Source: Patellaria atrata CBS 101060 (taxonomy: Eukaryota). From it: a DNA stretch of 64,000 bases. Shown piece by piece: positions 1 through 13,723 of the stretch; within the stretch, counting starts at the first letter, position 1; each line of letters opens with the position of its first letter. The DNA is taken from contig MU006093.1 of NCBI GenBank assembly GCA_010093705.1, positions 1,075,301 through 1,139,300 on the forward strand, read 5' to 3'. A model generated the notes under the pieces. It ran no database searches. It worked only from the letters and a program-made list of their open reading frames with translations, and was not told the origin of the DNA. A program made the translations under genes and the position numbers.

Positions 1-151
1 GAACTTTCATCTCTCCTGCCTTGGCTAGAACATCGGTTCAACCTGCCCGTTTTTGCGACCTTTGAATTGACAACAATAGCCGACCCCGCGCGAGTGTCAT
101 CGGATCTTCATTTCATCTCAGTTGACGACAACAACCCATCCCCTAGCAGAG

Positions 152-1610
152 ATGTCGACACCGCGCCTTACCTTCCTATATCCAATGCTATTTCGGTCTG
201 TTCAAGCATTCGGATCACAATGCAGCAGAAATGCGCCCTCAAGGAGAAAACTGCGCGCTGCGCAAGCAGCTACATTCACCACTTCCATCAGAAATCGACA
301 AGAGGTTAAACGAGAAAGATATGGGACCGCAAACGAACCCCCAGCACATCTGAGCTCAGGGAATGAGCTCAAAGGACAAGATGGGACGGAAGGGCTAAAG
401 CAGACTGATCGTCCAAGTGGGATCTCCTCGAAAGAGCGCAATGCAACCTCCCCGGAAAAGGAAAATAAGAAGCCACCTACAGAGTACGACGTAAAACCAG
501 AATCACAAAAGGAAGAGCCACCGCCCAAAGTTCAACGCAAGGCCACAGGAGACCCAGACGACCCCAAAACGAAAGACGCACCTGGTCCGCACCAGCCTCC
601 GAAAACGGGCCAGTCCAATCCTATGGAAACCGTGCTAGAGATGCCTTCGCCATCTGAAGATCGAGATTCAAAGCACAAACCTCCGCATCTACAACCACCG
701 CCTTATGTTCATCACTTCGATACTTACAGTCTGGTAAAGGATCTAGAGAAGAGCGGGTTCAAGCTGGAGCAGAGCGTTACGGTTATGAAGGCAGTGAGGG
801 GGATACTGGCGGATAATATGGAGTTGGCGAGGGAGGGGCTGGTTGGTAAGAGTGATGTTGAGAACGTAGGTTGGATTACATCATATCAGAGTTTTAGATG
901 GCATTGGTTACCTTAATATGAGCAGCCTACTGAACCTGTAATATAGGAAACATACCTCTTCCGTGCTGCTTGTTCCGAACTCAGAACTGAAATCCAAAAT
1001 AGCCGCAAAGTAACCATTGAGAAAATGCGCCAGGAGCGCGCACAACTACAACACGAGGTCGATATCCTGAACCAACGATTAGGTCAGGAGACAGCACAGA
1101 TGAAGGATGACCTGAAAGGTGCCTTCGATGACCGGAAAATGAACGTGAAGACCGAACAGAGGGCTATGGAGAGTCGGGTATGCCACATTCCCCTGTCTCA
1201 TGCATTGTATACCATCTATTTTGACCGCTAATATGGGTCCACAGATCCAAGAACTCAACCACAAAATAACTGTCCACCTCAACTCCGACGCCCGTACGGA
1301 TGTCGAATCCGTACGATGGGTGCTTACCCGTCGCGCCGCCGGAGCTATCGGTCTCATCGCATTTTCCGTCATCACTGTACTCAAGCTCTTTTCGGACGCT
1401 AACAAACATGAGAAGGAAAGAGAAAAGGAAAGAGAGAGGGAGGGTGAGCATGAGGAGGGTCATGGTGGTAATGGCACAAGGGAGAGAAGAGCTCTAGAAG
1501 AAGGGTTTAGGGAGGGTCGGAGTAACCAAGGGGATATAGGGGTAATTGGGGGAACATTAAGAGGTGGAGATGGTTTGATTGTTGGAGAGGGGGGTGTGAG
1601 CCTGGGTTAG
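152..1610 (+). CDS. DUF1640 / CCDC90-MCUR1-like mitochondrial coiled-coil protein (yeast Fmp32/Put6-7 family)
   Basis: Exons 152-865, 947-1177 and 1245-1610, joined by GT-AG introns. N-terminus MSTPRLTFLYPMLFRSV resembles a presequence. Conserved HHFDTYSLVKDLE...ETYLFRAACSELRTE motif, a coiled coil, and a C-terminal TM segment (VRWVLTRRAAGAIGLIAF). Confidence 0.85.
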
Positions 1611-2338
1611 GTAGCACCTGCGGAAGTGTCGTCGATGAAGATTGGATGGATGAACGATGATTTTGACGTCGGTAATTTGTTCATGAAGAAGATCACGCAT
1701 AGAGAGACGGGCGTACAAATGGAACGGCAAAAGACCCTCAAAAGGGTTCTAGATCCCCAATGGGGAGATGTAGAGTTGAAGAGGGGTATAGCTAACCGTA
1801 TAGCGCTGTACAAATTATAAAGTGCGAGTATACACAAATATACATCCCGCCCTGTTCACTCGAACCCTTTGTATAAGTATGAAAATGAACTAGCAGTTCT
1901 AAGGCTCTAGCGCTTCATGAACACAATTCGGCATCTGTCCTAAGACCTTTGGGTTCGAGATACGCTCTTCGCCGCTGTTAATATGTAGCGCGAGATAGAG
2001 ATGTGTACAGATTTTAGGACTTTAGGCTACATTGGTCGGAGGATGATCCAGGAGATTGGAGAGCTCGGTCTGTAATGTTCGGCCTTGAAGGAGTGGATAT
2101 CGGTTGGACGTCGTACGTCTAGCTCGCGGCTTCCGTATTTATCACCCGGAACATATTGTATAGCGGGGCCAGCAATATTCCGTCCGCTGCTGATAGCCGC
2201 GAGTACGGTACGGAGCGATATACGTACCTATCACGCAGACTCTAAATAGGGGCGGACGGGGCCAAATGCCGTACAGCTCTCCACCGCACCTCCTCCACAC
2301 ATAACGTGAGCTTTTCTTCGTAAATCGGCGTATAGATT

Positions 2339-3506
2339 TCAAGGGTGCCCCTCTAGACCCCAGTCTCTAATCTTCTCGTTCAAAACGGGTTGCGGTCCCA
2401 TCGCAAACTCCATCTGGTCCTCCAGCGTCACCCACCCCCTCCTCTTTAACAACACCGCATACCTGATCGCGCCCTGCCAGTCACGCCACCATGTCTCTTC
2501 GCTCTGCACCGCGCACTTCCTAGGCGCGTTGCTTTGGGTGCTTCCTGCGGCATCAGGGGCAAGCGTCGCATAAGGCCAGTACGCGCGGATGACTTCGTAC
2601 TTCTTGTTATCTACTACGGCGGAGAGCAAGGAGTTAAAAAGACGGTTCATCTTGGGTGCAGAATGTACAATGACCTGAGAGTGTGTGACGGGAAAGGTGA
2701 TATCAACATGACCACGGTAGCTAACACTAGCGAGGAGAGAGCGGATGCGACCTTCGATGTAGTCGGTATTCCAGTTTATGACTTCGCGGTTGAGGGCGAA
2801 GCTGGCGGGTTGAATCAGACTTCGTAAACTTCAATTATCGCATATGGCTTTGTAGATTGTTTGGGGGAACTTACGACTTTATCGTATTGTTGTCCTTGCA
2901 GTATCTCTTACACCAGTCGGCCAATTGCTCCCCACTCGACTTGCCCGTCTTTGCCTGCGTTTTTAGTTTGATGTAGTTCCAGTTTTCCCGCGCGGGGATG
3001 AAGTATCGGATCATATTCAACCTGAGGTCGAAATCTACGACCTGTTTCGCTCCGAAATCAGTGTGCGAGCCCCTGATGCGTATCAACGGCTTCGGTGGCA
3101 ATGCAGCCTGCTCTTTTATCATCCTCTCCAGCACTCGCGGATCGGAACTCAATACCGACAGAGTCGTCGTCAATGTCACCCGATCGTCCGAGAGCTTCGA
3201 CTCGGGAATCTGGTATTTGGAGAAGTCAAGATTCGGCATTCCGGGTATAGATGAAGCTGATGGAGTGGGGAGAGTGGGCTCGGGTTGTACCGACGGCCCC
3301 GTGTACGCAGGTGGTTCCTCGGTCGGATTGGAGCTTTCATGGTCACTGTGGCTGCTTTGTTGTCTTTGAAGATGTGTTTGGGAGACATGACTTGGGCCGG
3401 GTACACTGCTTGGACGGGTAGTGATGGAGGAGCGGGGAGGTTCGGAGGACCATGGGTTGTCGAATGCGGTCTGGTCGTCGTCATCGGGGATAGCTTCCTT
3501 AGACAT
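2339..3506 (-). CDS. Conserved fungal hypothetical protein (PY motif, two exons)
   Basis: ORF 2871..3506 splices via intron 2802-2874 (GTAAGT...CTGAT...CAG) in frame into FALNREVINWN...MNRLFN and on to the stop at 2339. Confidence 0.75.
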
Positions 3507-5419
3507 TTTTTTCTACGGTTCACTATATTATGCTTATATGATTAGTCGGATTTGGGGGCCTCAGGGCGGAACTTTGGGGCGAGGGCGGTCTCTTATGTTT
3601 TGCACACCGAATCATTAACATGGTTGCCTCCGACACGTGCGTAGATGGATGTCGTAATATGTGGCGGTGCTGCGTCCTAGCTAAGGTCCCTTAGCACCTG
3701 GAACTAGCCGAGTCGCCGAGTTCTTCTCTTCGGTAAAGCTCCGCATTTCTTCAGTTTGAACGCGACCATGGACGTTGGACGACGTGCGATTCATCTTCAT
3801 CTCGTCCATACATCGCACTACTGCATTCCCCTCTAGTTCTTCGGGTCTTGAAATATACAAGAGAGTGCTACTACCGGTCTAGGGAAGCTTGGTGGAGTCC
3901 ATGAGAGCTTAGGTTAGGTTCACTTCCCTTTCCTTGCTCATCCCATCAAAATCCTAAGGTAATCTCTCATCGATCTTCTGTCTCAGTTATTTGGTCTTCA
4001 TTCTCGAAGCGACGTAGTCGCATGTTCCATAGTATTGTAGTCCTACGTCATATGGAGCACTTTCTAGCCATGTGGAAATTCTATATCCCACGCTTCCCCG
4101 CCTCGAGAGCGTAGGACGAGTAATGTTTGCGTCGCACTCTGAGTAAGCATGTAGTGGAGGCTGTTAAGCTGAAAATAAAATAAGTACTCAAACTCTACGT
4201 TGACGGTCCTATTTCATTATTTCCCACATCATTTCTCCCCTCGCAACTTTGAATCTGTTCAAAATTCCTGCAACTGCATTTGGCCTTTCCAGAGGAGCTG
4301 ACTCAAGAATGAAACGTCAACTTTGCAAAAGCCTAATGTTGAAAACTAACTTGTTAATTGAAAGGGGATATTGCTCGAACTTTCAAGCCATCAACCAGTA
4401 TTTCGAAGAATTTCACGCAAATAAAGAACGGAGAAGATGGATACGTTGCGACGAATTCGTAGAAATGGGAACTTATCGAGATCTTGCGTCGTCGGTCTTA
4501 CTGCACCACGTGCTGAAGGGGTAGAGAGATTCTTAAGCAAATGGGTACCTTAGCAGATTGCGGAATTAACGGATTAATCGATGTACATATCAATATTGGT
4601 GGAGGCCAGTATCCAGACACGTATGAATCCCAGATTTTGATCGGCTTAGAATATTCTCACCTCCTACTGGGCTATAATTTGAAGATCGAACTACTAGGCA
4701 CAGCCTAATAGCAATATCCATTACGATACCCCAGAAACTTTAATTGAGGGGATTTGGTGCATGAGCATGACACACTCTGCGAAGGTCAGAGATTCTACAA
4801 CGTTTTGTGAATCGAAACTAAAAATAGCGTCTCAGACTGGAGAGGCATAGAAAGAATATCGGTCGAAGCTTGGGAGAAGCAGGATTTGAAAGAAGAATAT
4901 ATCCTACTCGGATAGGCGATGTTACAGAAAGATTCTACCGGGCACCTTTTCTTGGGATATTGCTTGCTATCCGTCCATCTATACTTCTGTACACCTACAT
5001 TCGAATGCTCAAATCTCAAGATCTAGTGACGGTCCCGGATTCAGTAGTATATCACTTTATGTATTGTAGATATAGCAATCGTATGGCAATGCAGGCGAGC
5101 TCGTCTTACCGAGAGGGGATATGTAAGCTTCATCTCTCGGCTGTTAAGGAGTTCGTATGTTTTGAACTTCTTTCGGCTATCTGCGAATTAATCGTACTAT
5201 GTCGTAATAAACTGGAATGAATCATACACTATGGTGATGATGAGATATGGACGGGCTTCCGATACAGCCCTCTCAGAGAAGTGGTAATTTCCATATCATT
5301 CTCTACCACAGTGTCTAGGTCGAACAGACCGCCCTCTTTTCTAGATCAGCTGAACATTCCATCTTTTACATTACGCCAAACACCGTGCTCAGAATATGCT
5401 GTAGTACCTTCTATTATCT

Positions 5420-6989
<1,570 letters not shown>

Positions 6990-8073
6990 GACTGGGTAGG
7001 TATGAGATGGAAATCGCGGTGGTTGAGGTAAGGTTAGACAAGGTCTATAAGCTTACAATCAAACATAATTTATCGCACGTTTTGTAGAGATGGTCGTAAA
7101 GCTCGGCGTATTCCTACGTGGTCCAAGCTTTTACAGCCGATTACGCGCTCATGTGACCCAATCTAAGCGCTTATCCGCTTTAAAGTACGTAGAACTGCAT
7201 ATGTCCATGAGCACTTGACCGTTTTCGAGCAGGAATGCACCAATCCGTAAGCACTTGCCCTTTTCAGGATAAGCGCCTTCGCTTCTTACGTGGCACGGAA
7301 TGATAGGTACGTAACCTGAAAAGCCTTTCAGGCAACAACAAAACGTGAGGTCGCGCTTCCCTGCTTTTCTGTCCCGTCCCACGATTCTTTGACCCTTTGC
7401 TTCATCCTCTGACCTTTCGTACCGTTTTTCGTGCTCTTCTGAAGTCGATTTACCACTGAAAATTTCCCTTTATTGTACAGCAGTATATATATACGTGTCA
7501 TTCATGTCAAACTTTAACGGCAATGATGGGAGATAATTAGGAAAATACATCGCAAGGCTGGGAGTACCTTCCTAATACTTCGACTTGCGTTTTGTGGCGT
7601 ACGTACGCGTGACTCACGTCCGAGGGTCAAGAGAAGGGAAGAGACAACCAGTAAACATATAAAAGCTGGAGCATTGACGCTCCATCCCTTGGCTTCTTCC
7701 TCTTCTCTATTTACTTTCTTCAGCCTTGCGTTTGAAATATCAGTTTCTGAGTGCAGTTGTTTGTGTTACTACCAAAGAGGTGACGCGTTGTTTGCTTCCA
7801 TACATTGCCTGATCTACTATATCACTTGATGTTACAAATTACCTACCTACATGCATTAAGATTTCTCTAGTCCTTTCTCAACTGTTTCAGCATAACCAAT
7901 TGGCCCAGTTAAAGCTAATTACATCATCTAATCGGAAAAAAGCATGAGGTGCGGTTTACGCACTTGTCAATTGGGTAAGCTTAAATATACAACCGCGAAA
8001 GCTTAGAATACCTACCGAAAAGGGCAGCTCTTCTTTTTTCTTCAGGGAGAGCACATTCAAAATACCTTCTGTA

Positions 8074-11000
8074 ATGGTTCCAGCGAAACGGCCACCGACG
8101 TTCGATTTGAACCCGCCAAGTGGTCCCAAGAAGCAGAGGGGAGTCTATGTCGATCTGGTAAGTAGTAACTCTGTGAGATAGAACGTCAAGGTACTATTCC
8201 CAGACTGACTGATTTGGCGATACTCCAGCCAGTTAATATCAAGTCAAGCTCAGCGCAATCGAAACACTCGAGGGGTCCGCAACGTCAGAGTGTTCGGGAA
8301 CCTGTAGAACCACCTACTCCCATACACTCTACATCAGCATCGCGGAGAGCCAGTCTAGAAGGCGCCCGTCCTCCAATAAGTCTGGGTGGCGTTCATGGCT
8401 CACCTCGAGAGCCGATGTCCCCAAAAGATCACGGACAAAAATATCACTCTAAATTAAGCAATGATCCTGCTATACAAACCAAGCCCGTTTTTGATCGTAG
8501 TGCTTCCCCTATCAAACTGAGCAACTCGGACATAGCTATGGCCACTCCTGAGCATGAAAGTGGAAGATCCACACCGAGAGGGGTTGCCCCAGTGGTGAAT
8601 ATGCTGGCAACAGAGGATGTTAGCGACACTGCTGTGCTTGGTACTGCATCAGCACCCTCACCCGGCTCCTTCTCGTCTATGATGAAGGAGCTGGTGGCTC
8701 AAACAGCGAAGGTAGTGGTGGCTACATTACGCCAACAAGATGCTCAAGCACAGGTCAACGAAAGTGAGCGACAGTACGAGAAATCAAAGCAGCATACCCA
8801 ATTTCAATCATTCCAGGAGGCTAAACGGATTGCACTCGCAACCGCTAAGGAGAACCTAAAGAAACTTAATCAAGAGGTTGACCTTGAGCAAAATGCTCAG
8901 GGTGCTATGGCAGATGCCTTTGAGAGCGCAGTCCTATCGGCATCGAAGCGGGAGAAACTTTTGGAAGTACCCGTTAACGTTGTGCATGATTTGACAGCAA
9001 GAGTCGAAAGTCTGGAATCGATACTTTTTCCTGAGAACACATCCAATAATCCAGGTCTCTTAGAGAGAGTAGTTGACTTGGAGTCAAGCTTAAAAAGTGT
9101 TCCCTTGAAATCGAAGCAGAACGAGAGCGACGGCAACGTAGATGTATCTTCGCGTCAGTTCTATGCGCTCGTTGATGAATTTGACATCGTCCGTGGGCGT
9201 GTCTCAGATGCGGAGCGTCATATTGACAGTCTATTCGACTTCCGGCACGACCAGAGAGGCGACAATAAGGACAATCTCGAACAGATGGACAAGATCAGAG
9301 AAGATATTCGCAACTTTAGTCGTGGCGAAGCAAGTGCCAAGTGTGATCTTGATGAGGTCAAAACAGATATTCGCAGCCTTAGAAGTGGAGAGTCGAAGAA
9401 GAACCATGATATCAAAAAAATGAAAAAAGATTTGGAGGTGATTCAAGAAGGTCTTGCCCACCTTAGTAGTACCCAATGGGAGAAGAGTAAACTTGAAGCG
9501 GCTATACAAGATTTAGAAATTTTCAAACAAGATACCAAGCGCGATATGAACACGGTTACACAAGATCTAGAAAGGGTCAATGAAGATATTCGCAGCATTA
9601 ATCGTGGCGAGTCGAATTACCATCGCAATGTCGAATACTTCAAGGTCGAAGAAGATATTCGCAGTCTTAGAGAAGAATTCCGACGCATTAGCAGTGGCGA
9701 ATCAAGTACTAAGCCTGGAACTGACAATGATTCACAAGGTTTGGCCAAGGCTCAAGAAGATGTCGGAGAGCTGGCTAAAGTCAAGGAAGATATAAAGATG
9801 CTTAAAATCGACGTTCGAGCTGCTGTACTGGACGCATCCGCTGCGAAAGGCCGAACGGAAATCGAAGATCAGATGTTCAATGATCTTCAAAATAAGATCG
9901 ACGCTCTTAAACCAAAAGACCCTAGCGACTCTGCAAAATTGCAAGAGCTGACCGAAAAATTCGAAAAGCTAAAGTCGTATGATCTGCGGGATTTGTCAAA
10001 TAAAGTCGAAAAGTTAGACGCTGAGAAGCTGGATGCTGCGTCACAAAGGCTCACCGCTTTGGAATCATTTAATCTGCAGGACCTACGTCGGACCCTGAAA
10101 GAGTTGGAAAACGATCATGCCGAAGTCAAGACGGCCGCATCATCTGCGCTCGACATTGCTCGGTCAGTTCAAACTGACCACGCTGCATTAAGTCACAAGG
10201 TTGAGTCAGATCTTAGGGTGAAGATGTCCAGCCTTGATTCAAAAATGGCTGGTCTGCCTGCCTATGTAGAAGGATTGAAGGACGACCTTGATACTCATAA
10301 AACATACTTCAAATCATTTGAAACGCTCACGGATGAAACACTCGCTACTCTTGAGTCAGATCTTGAATGTCTTATGAACCAGTCTACAGGAATGGTCGTT
10401 CGCTCCGAGAATTCAAACGATTTACCGATGGGTAATGGGGATGAAAACCCCAGAACTGGGATCACTTCCATCCAAAGGGAATTCAACGCTTTCAAACTGA
10501 GTGTGCGAAAACAACAGGATGAGCAAGAAGAGAAGGATAAGTTATGCCTAGAGTATATCGATGGTATGGGAGAGGATGTGGGTGGCCTTGCCGCGAGATT
10601 GGACACTTTCAGAACCGAACTCGATGGTTTCACTAAGAATGAAGAGATTTCGAGAACAGAGCATGCGTCCCTCAAATCTGAGATCGGACAGTTGTCCAAG
10701 GATCTCCAGGCGCACGCGCAGGCCTTTGAAAAATTCAAAAAGAATTTATCGGAAACCCCACATCATCCTCCGCCGTCTCCTTATGCGTTAGTGTCCCCAT
10801 ATAATCATGAAGCACGAGCATCCGCTCACGGTAACAACTCCCTTTCGCCGCCATCAGTAAACCCAGAGGATTTCATCGACGTCAAGCATCTTTTGCAACA
10901 AGTCAAAAAGTTCGAAGACAGGGTTGAGAAGGAACATAATTACATACACGATGTGGTTAGTCCTCGAATTCAAGGCTTCGGTGAAGCGCTCGACATGTTG

Positions 11001-11780
11001 AGTCGTCGTTACGATAACATTACTACCGATGACATGGCACGGCACATGCTCCGGCAGCTGAGTGTCGTGTGGCCGTATGCAGAGAGGTGCAATGAGGAGT
11101 TCTTACGACTGCGCCAGTTTGAGGCAGCAACCAATGCCAGGCTAGACGGCTTTGACACGCAGCTACAGCAACACAAAGCGACTATCGGTACCCGGTTAGA
11201 CGATATTGATAAAAAAGTACAAGAATATAAGAGAATCGTTGATGACGTAGTTGCTCAAGTAAACAAGGTAGAGAGCTCAAATCTCAACCTGGAAGTGCAC
11301 ATTTCATCCGCAAATCGAGTCGCGAACAATGCTGAGCAGAAGGCATCGGCTGCTGAAGCGAAGGCGACAACGGCGGAGAATATTGCCATTACCAGTCGCA
11401 ATACACCCGCTCTCGGTGGCGACAATTCGTTGCTGCCTACGCGCTTTAAGAAAGTCGAAGCTAGTCTGGCCAAAATAACCTCTGACCTAGCAACCCTCAT
11501 CAACGTCGACTTGAAGGCGCTGCGGAACCTTATTGAGACGAGCAAGAAAGAACTTCAAGAGAAGCTGGAGAATCTCACTGCCGATGTGAATGCATATAGG
11601 AGCGGCGACTCTATGGATCGGAACGAACTAGCTGAAAGGCTCAAAAAGACTGCCGTTGCAGTAAGACAGCTCGCTGAAGCTGATCAAAACAAGAAGGATG
11701 ACATCGGGACACTGCAGTTCACCGTTGAACAGCTATGTGCGGCGGCCAGCATAGAACCGCCGCCATGGACGGAGGACTGA
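8074..11780 (+). CDS. Large coiled-coil protein of unknown function (~1210 aa)
   Basis: ATG at 8074; exon 1 8074-8157; phase-0 intron 8158-8228 (GTAAGT...CTGAC...CAG) joins the 1188-aa ORF. Heptad-rich, with a Pro/Ser-rich N-terminus. Confidence 0.8.
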
Positions 11781-11790
11781 GTGTCGAAGT

Positions 11791-11827
11791 ATCGAGGAGC
11801 ATCGAGGAGCATCGAGGAGCATCGAGG
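11791..11827. repeat. 10-bp tandem repeat (ATCGAGGAGC) x~3.7 just after the stop codon
   Basis: atcgaggagc atcgaggagc atcgaggagc atcgagg is directly visible. Confidence 0.95.
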
Positions 11828-12816
11828 GTGAGGTAGTATGATGCGGTACATGCAGTAATAAGAGACTCGAGGGATAATGAATGAAAAAAAAAAAAAAGAA
11901 GACTCGAAGGACAGGATTTTATGTATGGGAGCCTGAAATTGTTCACGCTCCATGACCAGATTTCCTTTTTGTTCCATGCGTGGCATGGCGACGACGGCGG
12001 TGCATTATGTGATTCGGTGCATTTTAGCAGGCGGGGTACATACCCTTTTGTTATTTCTCTGGACATGGGGAGGTTTATTATGGATTCGATTTGCGTTCTG
12101 CGCGTTGTATATACCCCTTTGCTTTTGCTCTTTTTCGGGTTTCTCGGATAGGGGTGGGCCTGGGTCTTTTTCCAGTTGACATGAGACCCTACGTAGCGAC
12201 ACATACCGTACTTGCACCGTGAAGTACAAGTACTGAGGTGTGCTGTGCTCGCTCGTAGTCCTATAGTAACTTCTGGGTCGGGAAATAAATAAAAGGTTGA
12301 CTACCGTACGTTCACTACATGCAATCGGATGCGGGCTCCCCTCAGTACTGAAATGAACCGGCGCGTAACCCCGCTAACCTAAGGTACGGGACACGCGACG
12401 ATATGAGAAACCCGCGCCCCGTTTACGCTAGCTCCAAACGGACGCGTACCATCCCGAATCGAAGCAGCTGCATCGGAACTGAATTTCGTCGAACGCGGAC
12501 GGTTCTTGCGATCTCAGGCACCCATGGACGTGCCATGACGCGGTTCTGCTTGGGTTTGTCCCACCTCAAGGGAAAATAGGTTTCAAGATCCCAGATTTAT
12601 ACGGACGGGAGTGGTGTATGATTTTTCCACCACCCACGTGCTGTGTATTTTTTTTTGGTGATGTTTATACGAGACTTACCTTATTTGGAACAGCTACTAA
12701 TCGTGTCTAGTTCTTTTACTGTTTTCGTCTCAGAGATCTGGAAGCCGTGGGGCATCACGTGCATGCTTACCTGGCTGTGTGCAGCGGTTCGGCCCGGAAG
12801 GTGTCCAAGCGTGGTG

Positions 12817-13470
12817 TGTCACGGACTCTCGGTACCGTCCGGTCTTTCAGAAAAGTGAACTTTCCAAAACCTCGACTTTGAAAAAAAAAAAATTAAAAAA
12901 AATTCTCATATCGTACATCAATCTGCGAGATTTTTGAACGGGAATCAAGATAATGGATTCGGTTTCCTGTTTCATCAGCCGTTATCTAATGACCAAAAAA
13001 AAAATTAAAAATTCACGCCCGTTCGAAAAGATAGCCATCGCCTATTCGTCTTATATCACGGTCTCACACATGTCACGCAACCGCTTAACACGTCCCCTCG
13101 TTCTTTTAGAAACTTCACTTTTACCACCTTAACTAAAAAACTCATATCGTACATTACTCAGCGAGATTTTTAAATAGGAATCTAGATATTTTATTTAACT
13201 CCTTATTCAATTGGCCGTTAAGTAATGACCAGAAAAACCACCTCCGTTCGAAAGAACAAGCCATTGTTCTATGTCACGGACTCACGGTCCTATTCATCGC
13301 GTCTCTCGCTCTTTTGAAAACTTCACTTTCACTACAAACGAAAAAATTCATATCGCATATCAATCTGCGAGATTTATTAACGGGAATCAGATAATCAGCT
13401 TAATTTCTTATTTCATTAGCGTTTAAGGAATGACCAAAAAACAAAATCACGTCCTTTTGAATAAAGAACC
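12817..13470. repeat. Three degenerate tandem copies of a ~205-236 bp unit
   Basis: Shared anchors in order: TRTCACGG (12817/13054/13272), TCATATCG...GCGAGATTT...GGAATC (12906/13142/13348), AATGACCA (12988/13224/13429). Confidence 0.9.
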
Positions 13471-13723
13471 GTAGGTCTTTTGCCAAGACTTCGGATATAT
13501 CAGCTAAAGGGGATTAAGGATATAGAATAGTTGTGTAATTTGCAAAAGAATCAAATTCTAGGGTATCATTCAAACTATTCTCCATACATTACGCCTCATC
13601 ATCTGATTGACGTCTTCCTCGAAGAAGAACTGTTCTCAGCAATGAATCTTCCTCACCCAATGTAGACGGTAATTCCACAATCCTAGCACTTCCTATCCAA
13701 CCAATTCCCCTTGCCAAACACGC

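Noticed and set aside
3620..5400. Short ORFs (4249..4524, 4870..5220) between the hypothetical gene and RVB2
   Set aside because: Non-ATG starts, no recognisable family and no consistent splice model; possibly a decayed gene but unsupported.
12764..12800. CTTACCTGGC resembling the U1 snRNA 5' end
   Set aside because: Lacks the U1-70K loop (GATCA…GAAG), the U1A loop (ATTGCAC) and an Sm site; better read as an antisense splice-donor-like motif.
12817..13470. CRISPR-like interpretation of the repeat array
   Set aside because: Eukaryotic context, long degenerate units, no identical short repeats with unique spacers and no cas genes.
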